Assembly (NCBI GenBank): GCA_028688415.1 | Contig: JAQTYF010000001.1 | Coordinates: forward strand, 400,627 to 464,626 | From: Candidatus Moraniibacteriota bacterium | Lineage (GTDB): Bacteria > Patescibacteriota > Minisyncoccia > Moranbacterales > UBA1568 | Direction: 5' to 3' | DNA length: 64,000 bases | Shown here: one piece after another, positions 1-9,167 of the stretch | How the letters are laid out: the number at the start of each line of letters is the position of its first letter | How positions within the stretch are numbered: the stretch's first letter is position 1 | The notes under the pieces: generated by a model | Databases searched by the model: none | What the model was told of the DNA's origin: nothing | What the model saw: the letters and a program-made list of their open reading frames with translations, nothing else | Made by a program: the position numbers and the translations under genes

Positions 1-1
1 T

Positions 2-1528
2 CGACTGTTCGCCAAAGCTGTCAATTGTTCTCAAAGGAACGGTACCGCCGAACCATGCAATAAATGCGAACATTGTCTCCTCTTTTCTGAAGGTCGCTCA
101 CTCGATGTCATTGAGATTGATGCGGCTTCGCATAATAGCGTCGATAATATTCGAGAATTAAGAGAAACTGTTGCCCTCCCTCCAACACTCGGTTCGCACA
201 AAATCTACATCATCGACGAAGTCCATATGCTTTCGACGAGCGCTTTCAATGCTCTCCTCAAAACTATTGAGGAGCCACCAGTACATGTCATATTCATCCT
301 CGCTACCACTGCCCTTCACAAGATTCCTGACACTATCATCTCTCGTTGTCAACGGTTTGATCTTTCTCGTTTTCCAGTCAAGAGCATTGTCGAAAAATTG
401 GAAAGAATCGCGAAAGAAGAAAAATTGAATATTGATCGAGGAGCACTTGAAATGATCGCTCTCACTGCCGAAGGAGGGATGCGTGATGCAGAATCACTCC
501 TCATGCAAATCCTTTCTCTTGAGGCGTCTCCGATTACCGAAGAAAAGGTGATGGAAGTGCTCGGAACAACTAAAAAAGAAAACATCGTCACGCTCCTGCG
601 TCTCATTGCCACAAACGAACTCTACCCAAGCCTCAATTTTGTAAGCAAGCTCTCCATTGATGGCGCAGACCTCTCTGTCTTCTGCGGTGTCTTTCTCCAC
701 TACTTGAGGGATCTCCTGCTCGTCTCTGCTGATTCTGTCAATGGAATCCAAGAACTCGATACATTCACCGATGAACAAAAAGAAAGTCTCGTTTCTCTCG
801 CACAGAGTTTCTCTCCGATACAGGTAGTAAGTATGCTCGAATACGTACAAATTGCACAAATTGCTAGCAAAACATCGGTCATTCCAGAATTACCACTACA
901 GATTGCTGTCGTAAAAATCCTCTCAGAGAAAACACCTCTTTCAGAACAAACACCTCAAATAACCTCCTCGGAGACAAAACAGCCGACAACACAATCAAAA
1001 GAAACTACAGCTATTCCTGCCGTTACATCAACACCAATCTCAAGTGATTCTTCTGTACTCACAGAACAAAAACACACGACAATACCAGCAAGAGAAGAAG
1101 TGTCGGAACAGAATAATGAGGTACTCACAAAAAAAGAAAATACCTTTCCTCAAATCACTCTCGAAACCGTTCAGAAAAATTGGCACGAAGTGCTCACTAC
1201 AGCCAAAAAGCTCAATGCCTCTCTCACACTCGCTCTCACAACCGCTCGTCCTATCGAAACAACTGGCAATATCATAACCATTGCTGTCAAATATCCTTTT
1301 CACAAAGAACGGCTCGATGAAGCTGGAAATCAATTGACACTTGCTACCGCCTTTGATACGATACTGAAGTCAAAAACACGGATAAAAATCATGTTGGAAA
1401 CAAGTACTATCACACCAACAGAGAATCACACAGCTACACAAGAACAAGTATCGACAATCGACAATCCTCTCATCAATCAGGCAATGGAAATGCTTGGAGG
1501 AAAACTCGTGGGAACAGAGAACAGTTGA
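2..1528 (+). CDS. dnaX: DNA polymerase III subunit gamma/tau, 5'-truncated at window edge
   Basis: Frame open from nt 2. The translation gives a Cys-x2-Cys...Cys-x2-Cys zinc module, then 'IDEVHMLS' and 'SRCQRFDL' clamp-loader motifs, then a long S/T/Q-rich linker and a C-terminal domain. ORF-track entry 227..1528 is the same frame. Confidence 0.85.
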   Translation, partial: RLFAKAVNCSQRNGTAEPCNKCEHCLLFSEGRSLDVIEIDAASHNSVDNIRELRETVALPPTLGSHKIYIIDEVHMLSTSAFNALLKTIEEPPVHVIFILATTALHKIPDTIISRCQRFDLSRFPVKSIVEKLERIAKEEKLNIDRGALEMIALTAEGGMRDAESLLMQILSLEASPITEEKVMEVLGTTKKENIVTLLRLIATNELYPSLNFVSKLSIDGADLSVFCGVFLHYLRDLLLVSADSVNGIQELDTFTDEQKESLVSLAQSFSPIQVVSMLEYVQIAQIASKTSVIPELPLQIAVVKILSEKTPLSEQTPQITSSETKQPTTQSKETTAIPAVTSTPISSDSSVLTEQKHTTIPAREEVSEQNNEVLTKKENTFPQITLETVQKNWHEVLTTAKKLNASLTLALTTARPIETTGNIITIAVKYPFHKERLDEAGNQLTLATAFDTILKSKTRIKIMLETSTITPTENHTATQEQVSTIDNPLINQAMEMLGGKLVGTENS

Positions 1529-1637
1529 CAATAAGCAAGTAACACAAAACATGAAACAAGTAACAGCTAGCAATTAACAGAAAAGACTCGATCCGTGAAT
1601 TTTTGTTTTTTGTTACATGTTAGCTGTTAATTGATAT

Positions 1638-1709
1638 TGGGGAGTAGCCAAGTGGTAAGGCAGGGGCCTTTGAAGCCTCCATTCGTAGGTTCGATCCCTA
1701 CCTCCCCAG
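1638..1709 (+). tRNA. tRNA-Gln (anticodon UUG)
   Basis: Hand-folded cloverleaf. Acceptor stem TGGGGAG/CTCCCCA with U1-A72 as in bacterial tRNA-Gln. 3-bp D stem. Anticodon stem GGGGC/GCCTC with loop CTTTGAA. T arm GTAGG-TTCGATC-CCTAC. No encoded CCA. Confidence 0.85.
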
Positions 1710-1716
1710 CATTAAA

Positions 1717-1768
1717 TAAAACTTAAAGAGGTATCCGTCGTCTGGATACCTCTTTAAGTTTTATTTGT
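1717..1768 (+). terminator. Rho-independent terminator after tRNA-Gln
   Basis: Perfect ~19-bp inverted repeat aaaacttaaagaggtatcc / ggatacctctttaagtttt with a 6-nt loop, followed by a T-run. Confidence 0.6.
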
Positions 1769-1893
1769 TGTAGGAGGAATGGAGCGAACAGTAAAAGGGA
1801 AAAGGGTCGGAAAAACGGGAGTTTTTCCGTTGCGGAGAGCAGGACTTTAGTCCGCTGAGAACCGAGGGGTTCTTAGAGCGCACAAAGTGCGCT

Positions 1894-1912
1894 GTTCGAT
1901 CCCTACCTCCCC
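1894..1912. repeat. 19-nt direct repeat of the tRNA-Gln T-arm/acceptor 3' end (gttcgatccctacctcccc)
   Basis: Identical to 1689..1707 inside tRNA-Gln. Upstream context cannot form a T stem, so this is a fragment, not a second tRNA. Confidence 0.7.
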
Positions 1913-2003
1913 CTCTTATAAAATCCCTGCTCGCAACGATATAGAGCGCATCCGCTTCCCTGCCTCCCCAGCCATCGTCGCTCGCGAGCAACGTGGTCAG
2001 CAT

Positions 2004-2044
2004 AAAAAAATCCGCGCCTGAAATAAATTAGGTGCGGATTTTAT
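2004..2044 (-). terminator. Hairpin terminator downstream of the antiporter gene (bidirectional look)
   Basis: Hairpin aatccgcgcc...ggtgcggatt flanked by an A-run on plus and a T-run on minus, immediately after the stop of the minus-strand gene ending at 2048. Confidence 0.5.
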
Positions 2045-2047
2045 ATT

Positions 2048-4171
2048 CTACGATATTGTGATCAGATCTTCTTGTGTACTATTTTTCTTGTACGCCTTGT
2101 GCCTGAACTCTTCGTAGAGCATCGATGCGATTTTCTGAGGCAACATCTCACGTTCTACTATTTCATCCAAGAAATGTTCTTCTGCCTTAAAGAATCCTCT
2201 CCTTCCTACCTTTTCATTTTCCCAACGAAGCTCTTCTTTCATTTTTTCTCCTGATTGAAGCATCTTTTCATGAGCATCTTGTTCGAATTGCACATACAGC
2301 GCAATAACCTTTTTTACGATAATATCATCACCAAACACTCCGCAATAATGTTCCGTCAGTGTATGGAGACGATGAAGGACTTTGGATGCAATGATTTTCT
2401 GAGCACGATAATAATGATATTCGTTGATTGTTTTCTTCCGGTCGTTCATCGGTATCAAAAAATCTCGAAAGAAAGATACTGTTCGTTCGAACCAATCTGG
2501 CGAAAAAACTTCATTAATATCTTGTATTTGATGTTCTTCTCTCTCGACACGAGCCATCTGCATTTCGATTTTGTTGAGCACTTTCTTGTATACTGGTTCA
2601 GAGATTTCACGGTACATGAAAAGCTTCAGGAGAAAACGCTTCTCGGTACCGAGAGCATACATACTCAGTGCTGATTCGAGAGAATAACCATTTTTACGAA
2701 AATCATCACGTAGTACTAATAAAGAAGTTTCATATTCTGCGCTATATTCAGCATTGAGTTTCGTATATACTTCTTCATCGACAAATTCCTTTGTTCGATA
2801 ATCTTTCAATTTTTCAAGCGTCTGAGCATAGACGAGAGCTCGACTCTCGTGGTATTCAACCATCTCGAGTGGGGTCAATTGATCGAGTTTCATTTTTTTG
2901 ATCATACTTCCAATGCTGGTCGCTTTTACTAGAAGTGTAAAATAAACACAACCAATAGTCAGAGCTGAAATAAACTCTTTGATTGAGAAAGAGTATTCCC
3001 ATCCAGCAAGCGTCAGATCATTAGGGATAAGAAGTACCATCGTCACTGCAAGTGCGCCTCGGAGACTTCCCCATGAGAGCAAGTGTTGCCAAGAAAGAGG
3101 AATATGTTCTTCTTTTTTTGTTCTATTCAAGAAACCAATGACAGGGTAAATAGAGAGAGCTCTCCCGATCATAACCACGAGTACCGTCACCATGATAGGC
3201 CACACAAATTGAGAAAAATGTATAGGAAGTCCAGCAAAGAGCAATCCCATCAATATGAAAACAAGAGAATTCGCAATGAAAGCAAAGTATCCCCAGAATT
3301 TTTCCATATATTCTTCGACTCGTGGAGAGATTTTACATCTTCCATAATTCCCGATAACCATTGATGCCATTACTGTCGCAATAACAGAGGAAAGATAAAT
3401 ATGCTGCCCTCCAATAATGAGATGACGAGAGAGGAGTTCTGAGAGTATAAAAGTGAGATGCGCCATAAGCATCGTCAGTGTAATCTCGATATTTTCGTTA
3501 TCGTGTACTTTTTGTATCAGTTTGGCAAAGACAAATCCCATCAAAAGTCCAAATCCGATACCACCAACAACCATCGTCGAAAACATAAATATACCCTGTG
3601 CGACAGATTCTATCCCATGGAATCCTTTCAAAGCGATATCAATGACGATAAGGAACAATGCAATAGCGGTACCATCATTGAAAAGACTCTCCCCTTCAAA
3701 AATAAGAGAGAGTCGTTTTGGTGCTCCAAATTGCTTGAAAAGAGCGAGTACAGCAACTGGATCGGTCGCTGAAATCAGTGCTCCAAAAATAAGTGTCACA
3801 AAAAATGGCACCGGGAAATGAATCCACTGGAGTGCAAAAAACAGTACAAACGCAATAAAAAATGTCGAGAGGAGGAGACTGACTATTGAGAGAAGTGAAA
3901 TCGATCGAACATTGTCCGTCAGATCTCGGAACTTCATATTGTACGCCGATTCAAATATGAGTATTGGGAGAAAAACAAAAAAAAGAAGCTCCGGGGTAAG
4001 CTGAAAACTCTGAATGAAATGAAAGAGTGGTATATGAGAAATCGGGATCAAGAGTGTCCCAACAAGTACAAGCAGAAGCGTGTAAGGAATATGCAAACGC
4101 TCTGCAAAAAAATAGGTACCGACCGAAATAAAAATAAGTACAAAAAGAGCGAGAATTATTTCGATCGCCAT
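2048..4171 (-). CDS. Na+/H+ antiporter, CPA1 (NhaP-type) with a long C-terminal cytoplasmic domain
   Basis: 707-aa polytopic N-terminal half with 'ATDPVAV' and 'FEGESLFND' motifs typical of NhaP/NHE exchangers. Hydrophilic ~300-aa tail. Confidence 0.7.
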   Translation of the reverse strand: MAIEIILALFVLIFISVGTYFFAERLHIPYTLLLVLVGTLLIPISHIPLFHFIQSFQLTPELLFFVFLPILIFESAYNMKFRDLTDNVRSISLLSIVSLLLSTFFIAFVLFFALQWIHFPVPFFVTLIFGALISATDPVAVLALFKQFGAPKRLSLIFEGESLFNDGTAIALFLIVIDIALKGFHGIESVAQGIFMFSTMVVGGIGFGLLMGFVFAKLIQKVHDNENIEITLTMLMAHLTFILSELLSRHLIIGGQHIYLSSVIATVMASMVIGNYGRCKISPRVEEYMEKFWGYFAFIANSLVFILMGLLFAGLPIHFSQFVWPIMVTVLVVMIGRALSIYPVIGFLNRTKKEEHIPLSWQHLLSWGSLRGALAVTMVLLIPNDLTLAGWEYSFSIKEFISALTIGCVYFTLLVKATSIGSMIKKMKLDQLTPLEMVEYHESRALVYAQTLEKLKDYRTKEFVDEEVYTKLNAEYSAEYETSLLVLRDDFRKNGYSLESALSMYALGTEKRFLLKLFMYREISEPVYKKVLNKIEMQMARVEREEHQIQDINEVFSPDWFERTVSFFRDFLIPMNDRKKTINEYHYYRAQKIIASKVLHRLHTLTEHYCGVFGDDIIVKKVIALYVQFEQDAHEKMLQSGEKMKEELRWENEKVGRRGFFKAEEHFLDEIVEREMLPQKIASMLYEEFRHKAYKKNSTQEDLITIS

Positions 4172-4251
4172 ACGTTTTTCTTTAAAAGATTGATTTCAAA
4201 AACACCATGTTATTCTATGCCTTCTTCCCATAACTGTCAAAAGAAAGGCTA

Positions 4252-5301
4252 TCAAAGGATAAGCATACTGTCTCCGAAAGAATAGAAAGTAAACTCATTT
4301 GCTATAGCTATCTGATACAATTCGACAATACTTTTTTTTGCTTTTTTATCTTGCAAAAATGCATCTACAAGAAGCATGAGTGATGTTTTTGGAAGATGGA
4401 AATTGGTCACGAGAATATCCACTACACGAAACTCGTACGGTGGATAAATAAATATTTCTGTTTTTCCATTCTGTGGCAAAATTCTCTGATCACACATCGA
4501 GGATTCAAGGGTACGAAGAGCTGTTGTTCCGACAGCAATAATATTCTTCTTCTCATCCATTGCAGCATCAATATGTTGCGCTGTTTCGAGAGAAATATTT
4601 ATAAATTCTGTGTGAAGTTTTTTGGTTATGAAGTTTTCATCTGCAAGCGGTGCGAATGTCCCAAGTCCCACATTCAGTGTCAAAAAATCAGTTTCAATAT
4701 TTTTCTCTTCCAGAGACTGAAATACTTCATCGGTAAAATGAAGCGATGCTGTCGGCGCGGCAACCGATGCTCCATCTCTAGCAAACACCGTTTGGTATCG
4801 TTTTCGCAATACATCTTCTGATATATTTGCTCCCTCAAGATAGTGTGGGAGTGGTGTTTCGCCGTATGTCTCGAGTAATATTTGAAGAGAAATATTTTCT
4901 TGACTCACAAGTCTCACAAAAAAGAGATTCTCTTTCTGATCAATCACTTCCAAAAAATCTCCATTCGTGAAAAAGAGTTTTTGACCCTTCTCCGTCTTAC
5001 GATCGACGAGTACCGGAATACATTTTTCATCTTCTATCTCATTGGCAAGGACGAATACTTCTATCTTTCCGCCAGTTTCTTTCTTGAGCCAGAGTCGTGC
5101 AGGCAATACCGTCGTATTATTGAGCATCACAAGAGACTGTCTTGGGAGATACTTCGCTATATGACGAAAGGTATCAAAAGTAATCGCATCCGTCTTCGTA
5201 TCATAAACAAACAATCGTGCACTATCACGTGGCTCAATACCTTGCTTCCTGATCAAATAATCAGGAAGCGTGTAATCATATTTCTTGAGATCAATCATTT
5301 T
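4252..5301 (-). CDS. queA: S-adenosylmethionine:tRNA ribosyltransferase-isomerase
   Basis: N-terminal 'DYTLPDYLIRKQGIEPRDSARLFV' matches the QueA signature 'dYeLPeeLIAq.P.e.RD.SRLlv'. The ORF in the track extends 20 codons upstream; start chosen at MKMIDL. Confidence 0.8.
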   Translation of the reverse strand, partial: KMIDLKKYDYTLPDYLIRKQGIEPRDSARLFVYDTKTDAITFDTFRHIAKYLPRQSLVMLNNTTVLPARLWLKKETGGKIEVFVLANEIEDEKCIPVLVDRKTEKGQKLFFTNGDFLEVIDQKENLFFVRLVSQENISLQILLETYGETPLPHYLEGANISEDVLRKRYQTVFARDGASVAAPTASLHFTDEVFQSLEEKNIETDFLTLNVGLGTFAPLADENFITKKLHTEFINISLETAQHIDAAMDEKKNIIAVGTTALRTLESSMCDQRILPQNGKTEIFIYPPYEFRVVDILVTNFHLPKTSLMLLVDAFLQDKKAKKSIVELYQIAIANEFTFYSFGDSMLIL

Positions 5302-5375
5302 CATAAAAAATTTTCGAAAGAAAAAAGGTTCAATGCAGTACACTAAACCTTTCTCGATCATTATTCACTTCTCGT

Positions 5376-5876
5376 TCAGAGAGGTGCATCACTCTTTTTT
5401 CGATTTTCGACTATTTGTAGAGATTGGCGTATCTGGGATTCTAGTCTTGCGACCGTGAATTCAAAATACTGATAAACTTCTCGTCGCGCTTCTTTGAAGC
5501 AATTTTCGAAACGTGCATCCACCAGTGGTGCATGGGGTCGCAAGCCCTTCTCGAGAAGATCGATATAGTATTCATCCAATTCATACAGTAAACTGTGACG
5601 AATAATATCAATACTCGCTATTTTCTGTTGTAATTGTTCGATATAAAGGGAAGCAACAGATTCATATTCCGCTGATTCGCGGAGCAACTTGATTGTTTTT
5701 GTATGGTATTCAGGAACGACAGTTTGCATGATACACTCCTCGAATGGTGAAAAAGTACTTTGTAAAAACTCTACCAGAAAAAAACTCTTCTGTCTATACA
5801 AACTCTTCTGTACAAATAACGATAAAATATTTTGTGGTATTATTTTTTCATTTTCATAACTCCATATATTTTTCAA
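5376..5876 (-). CDS. Hypothetical protein (166 aa)
   Basis: Intact ORF packed between queA and the acyltransferase gene on the same strand. No recognisable motif. Confidence 0.4.
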   Translation of the reverse strand: MKNIWSYENEKIIPQNILSLFVQKSLYRQKSFFLVEFLQSTFSPFEECIMQTVVPEYHTKTIKLLRESAEYESVASLYIEQLQQKIASIDIIRHSLLYELDEYYIDLLEKGLRPHAPLVDARFENCFKEARREVYQYFEFTVARLESQIRQSLQIVENRKKSDAPL

Positions 5877-5879
5877 TCC

Positions 5880-6509
5880 TTAGATTTTTTCGAAGAGCAT
5901 TCTGATTTCTCGACAACCTATCGGATGAGTATCAAAACTATATATCTGACTGAATTTCATCGTTGGCTTCTTTCGTGTGAGTATATCCCAATACGATCCG
6001 AAACCATCCATACGAACGAAAATAACGCCATTACTACTTTGCATAAAAAATTCTATACCACGCTGGAAATCTCCTATCGATTCTTTGTTAATTTTTCCTT
6101 CTGGAAAAAGGAAAATCGTTCTACCTCGTTTGAGAAAATCACGTGTTCTCATAAGACCGATGAGTTTTTCTTTTTTTGTCTCTCCGATATCATACCCACC
6201 AAGCACTTTCAAAAATGGCTTAAAATAGAACCGATTGTATTCTTTGTTATCAACAGGGAAATAGAGAGGCACGAGTTTCAAAAAAGATCGGAAAGGAATA
6301 TGGCTCAAAACAACGAAGGGATCTGCCATTGATTGGTGATTCGAAACAACGAGCACTCCTCTGTTGAGTATATTGAGATTTTCTGGCAATGTCCTATTCG
6401 TACCGTACAAAATCCGTACTGGGTATGACATCACAATATGTAAGAATATTTGGACGAGCGAACGACCATATTCGATGAGTGTATATTTCTGAACCTGTTT
6501 CATAGTCAT
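5880..6509 (-). CDS. PlsC/LPLAT-family acyltransferase (1-acylglycerol-3-phosphate O-acyltransferase-like)
   Basis: 'VVSNHQSMADPFVV' carries the HX4D catalytic box. 'FLFPEGKIN' carries the FPEG box of glycerolipid acyltransferases. Confidence 0.7.
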   Translation of the reverse strand: MTMKQVQKYTLIEYGRSLVQIFLHIVMSYPVRILYGTNRTLPENLNILNRGVLVVSNHQSMADPFVVLSHIPFRSFLKLVPLYFPVDNKEYNRFYFKPFLKVLGGYDIGETKKEKLIGLMRTRDFLKRGRTIFLFPEGKINKESIGDFQRGIEFFMQSSNGVIFVRMDGFGSYWDILTRKKPTMKFSQIYSFDTHPIGCREIRMLFEKI

Positions 6510-6524
6510 ACTCTACAAAAAGTA

Positions 6525-7439
6525 TTAAATACGTCCTTTTGATTTCAAAATTTGAAGAGCGACAAAAAGTTTGAGTTTCTGCCATGGATTTCTATTTCCG
6601 AAAGGAATATAGACTTTCTTCAGTGTTCGCAGATACGGATCAAAATGAAGAGAGTGCGGTACAGGGTATACTTTCTGATGAAAAAGTATCTTCAGAACCT
6701 CTGTTGAAACAAGATTGGCACAGAGGAGTGTCCCTGTCACGAGTGAAGGAGCCTTCTTTTCTTTCCAATCGACGCCTTCGGGTTTGAAATAACGTCGTTG
6801 AAGCAGTGTCGGCGTCAGACCAAGTCCAAAACGAAGCAATTGCATTTCTTTTGTTTGTTCATCACAAATATCGAAATACTCATCAAAACTCATTCCATGA
6901 GGATCAAAAACAAGCATAGAAGAGCCAAAACCAACTGGCCCTGCTGATACCGCAAAAACAGCCTGTTCCCGAGCAGATAAAAAAAGCATCCGACGAGTCT
7001 CAATAGCGAAAAAATCAAGGGCATCAACAACAACATCAACACCAGAGAGAAAAGAATCGATATTTTCAGTATGTATTCCTTGAGGGAAAGTCGTCACTTT
7101 TGCATACGGATTGATAGAATGAATCATTTTTTCCACCGCTTCTACTTTCGGTGTACCAACGGTATCCATTGTTGCCGATTGCTGTCTATTGATATTCACC
7201 ACTTCATACGTATCAAGATCAGCAATATGAAATTTTCCAAATCCGAGACGTGCGAAAGTACTGGCATAAAGAGCTCCTACACCCCCGAGTCCAGGTATCG
7301 CTATCGTCATATTTCTCAATTGCGCCTGTTGTTCCGGTGTCAACAATCCATTATTTCTCGAAAATGCCTCTGCATAAAACTCATTTTCGTTCAACATAAG
7401 ATTTTTACTTTTAATAAAAAATGGGTGTCCTACATACAA
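6525..7439 (-). CDS. ThiF/MoeB/E1-like adenylyltransferase
   Basis: 'IAIPGLGGVGALYA' Gly-rich nucleotide loop followed by 'DLDTYEVVNINRQ'. These match the ThiF family G-x-G-x-x-G and D.D.v..SNLnRQ boxes. No N-terminal peptide-clamp extension. Confidence 0.7.
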   Translation of the reverse strand: MYVGHPFFIKSKNLMLNENEFYAEAFSRNNGLLTPEQQAQLRNMTIAIPGLGGVGALYASTFARLGFGKFHIADLDTYEVVNINRQQSATMDTVGTPKVEAVEKMIHSINPYAKVTTFPQGIHTENIDSFLSGVDVVVDALDFFAIETRRMLFLSAREQAVFAVSAGPVGFGSSMLVFDPHGMSFDEYFDICDEQTKEMQLLRFGLGLTPTLLQRRYFKPEGVDWKEKKAPSLVTGTLLCANLVSTEVLKILFHQKVYPVPHSLHFDPYLRTLKKVYIPFGNRNPWQKLKLFVALQILKSKGRI

Positions 7440-7449
7440 ATAAATGCAC

Positions 7450-8115
7450 TCAATCTGAATGTCTGGATTGGCTCATACTCGACTGTAGAGGTACTTTCTG
7501 AATCAGTTCTCCTCTTGCATACGATTCGAGAATAGAAGATATTTTCTCTTTTTTGAGATCTCTCACCTGAACATTGGTAATAATCAATGCGACATAACGA
7601 AGGAACCAACGACCACTCCACTCTTGCAACAGCACGTCGTATGGCATTTCCATATTTCCAATAGGAAGACGATTATCGAAAGAATCTGATCCAATACGAG
7701 AATCATAAATATAGAACACTTTCTTTACATCGCTGTATCCTCCAACAGCTATCCAGTGAAGCGTGTTTGCTCGAATCAAAAGCACGGGAGGCCTCTTCTT
7801 GAGAGCTATCTCCGTGCGAATCCATTCGAGACGTTCTTCATTTGTTATAGCGTCGAGTCGGATCTCGAGAGTCGTCATATTATGAGCTTTGAATAGCTCT
7901 TTCATATCACGGGGAAAAACAGGACGAAACAAATCAAACCACACCGGACCTCGAAGCAATTTATTCGAAGAAAGAGAGCGGACACCTACAGCTTTGGCAA
8001 CCCATTCAGCTGTATACGATCCACAACGAATATGTGACCAATGGTCAATGAGAGGATTAGAGACAAGATCGACATATGCTTCTGCTGGTAACAGTTCTCT
8101 CGCTTCAGATTTCAT
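7450..8115 (-). CDS. Papain-fold Cys-His-Asp protein, C39 peptidase-like / BtrH-like
   Basis: Cys in 'HIRCGSYTAEW' near residue 31. His in 'LHWIAVGGY' near residue 120. Asp in 'YIYDS' about 18 residues later. The spacing resembles C39/BtrH_N domains. Assignment by pattern only. Confidence 0.4.
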   Translation of the reverse strand: MKSEARELLPAEAYVDLVSNPLIDHWSHIRCGSYTAEWVAKAVGVRSLSSNKLLRGPVWFDLFRPVFPRDMKELFKAHNMTTLEIRLDAITNEERLEWIRTEIALKKRPPVLLIRANTLHWIAVGGYSDVKKVFYIYDSRIGSDSFDNRLPIGNMEMPYDVLLQEWSGRWFLRYVALIITNVQVRDLKKEKISSILESYARGELIQKVPLQSSMSQSRHSD

Positions 8116-8136
8116 AAAAATATATTCACCGTTTTA

Positions 8137-8388
8137 TCAGTGTTTTATTTGCGATTTTTTCAAATACGTCACTATGTCACCGAGCGTTTCAATATTGATG
8201 AGGTCGATATAATTCGCTTCAAGATGGAAAGCTTCTTCAAATGCTGTGATGAGACTGAACATCGCAATCGAATCTTCTGCCAAGTCATCGATTCGCAAAG
8301 AAAAATCTAGATCTTTCAATGGTTTATTAAAAACACGCGAAACAATTGCGAGTACCCTTGATTCGGTTGTTTCGTCATTATTCTCCAT
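8137..8388 (-). CDS. Acyl carrier protein-like (83 aa)
   Basis: 'IDDLAEDSIAMFSLITAFEEAF' matches the ACP helix-II phosphopantetheine site (D-S-L/I followed by an acidic helix). Size fits a four-helix ACP. Overlaps the PPTase gene by 11 nt. Confidence 0.65.
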   Translation of the reverse strand: MENNDETTESRVLAIVSRVFNKPLKDLDFSLRIDDLAEDSIAMFSLITAFEEAFHLEANYIDLINIETLGDIVTYLKKSQIKH

Positions 8389-9037
8389 ACGGTTCTACAT
8401 AAAGTATAGCACCAAATGGACATCCTGGAAAACTCAGTTTCTCTGGCCGTATCCTTCTTTCCTGACCATCTTGTATCAAAGAAAGAAGTTCTCCTCGATT
8501 ATTTATGGTTGTTTCTATGGCATGGGGATGGAGAGCGAGTCCTGCTCCAATTGCCTTCAGGAAAGCTTCTTTGTAACACCATATCTGAAGAAATGGAATA
8601 TGATAACGGATACAAGAATCATATTCCTTAGGAGTCAAGAATGATCGCGAAAATGCCTCTGTACACTCTCGATCGTGTTCTATATCCACTCCGACATACC
8701 CTGTTTCTTCTATAAGAGACAATCCAGCGATTGCTTTTCCTTTCGTATGACTGAGAGACAGAGAATATTCTGAGTGAAAAACAATATCATCATGATGAAG
8801 AATACGGAAATCTGGCCTCGTATGAGAATCACTGATAATTTCTATGTCGATTGGCGCAACCTCTCTATGCCACTGATTCCGAATCATCTGCGAGATGATG
8901 TGTTTGGCAGCTATCCGTCCAGCAAGCCAGTCAGGCTGTTTTTTTTCTGACAATTGCTCGTACTGACTCTGTTCTTTCGGAGACAGACTTTGTTTCATCA
9001 ATACCGAAGATATTTCTTCTTCCCAAAAATAGAACAT
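8378..9037 (-). CDS. 4'-phosphopantetheinyl transferase, Sfp-type
   Basis: PPTase motifs 'GVDIEHDRE' (G-x-D-x-E) and 'WCYKEAFLKAIG' (W/F-x-x-KEA-x-x-K). 219 aa is Sfp-length rather than AcpS-length. Confidence 0.75.
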   Translation of the reverse strand: MFYFWEEEISSVLMKQSLSPKEQSQYEQLSEKKQPDWLAGRIAAKHIISQMIRNQWHREVAPIDIEIISDSHTRPDFRILHHDDIVFHSEYSLSLSHTKGKAIAGLSLIEETGYVGVDIEHDRECTEAFSRSFLTPKEYDSCIRYHIPFLQIWCYKEAFLKAIGAGLALHPHAIETTINNRGELLSLIQDGQERRIRPEKLSFPGCPFGAILYVEPYGE

Positions 9038-9167
9038 ATTCTATATAAAAAATAAATAAAAATAAGCGGTATCACTACTCTTTCTTTCTTCTCCATCTTC
9101 AGTATATGATAAGAACGGAAATCAATGCAAAAGGACAGGAAATATGCTAATATAATGGGTAGATATT

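Noticed and set aside
1775-1912. Possible second tRNA (type II) or tmRNA tRNA-like domain downstream of tRNA-Gln, suggested by the shared TTCGATCCCTACCTCCCC end and a gcgcac-aaa-gtgcgc hairpin.
   Set aside because: The sequence 5' of the TTCGATC loop (gcgctg) cannot pair with cctac to form a T stem. No matching 5' acceptor strand lies at a sensible distance. It is far too short for tmRNA. Treated as a 3'-end fragment repeat.
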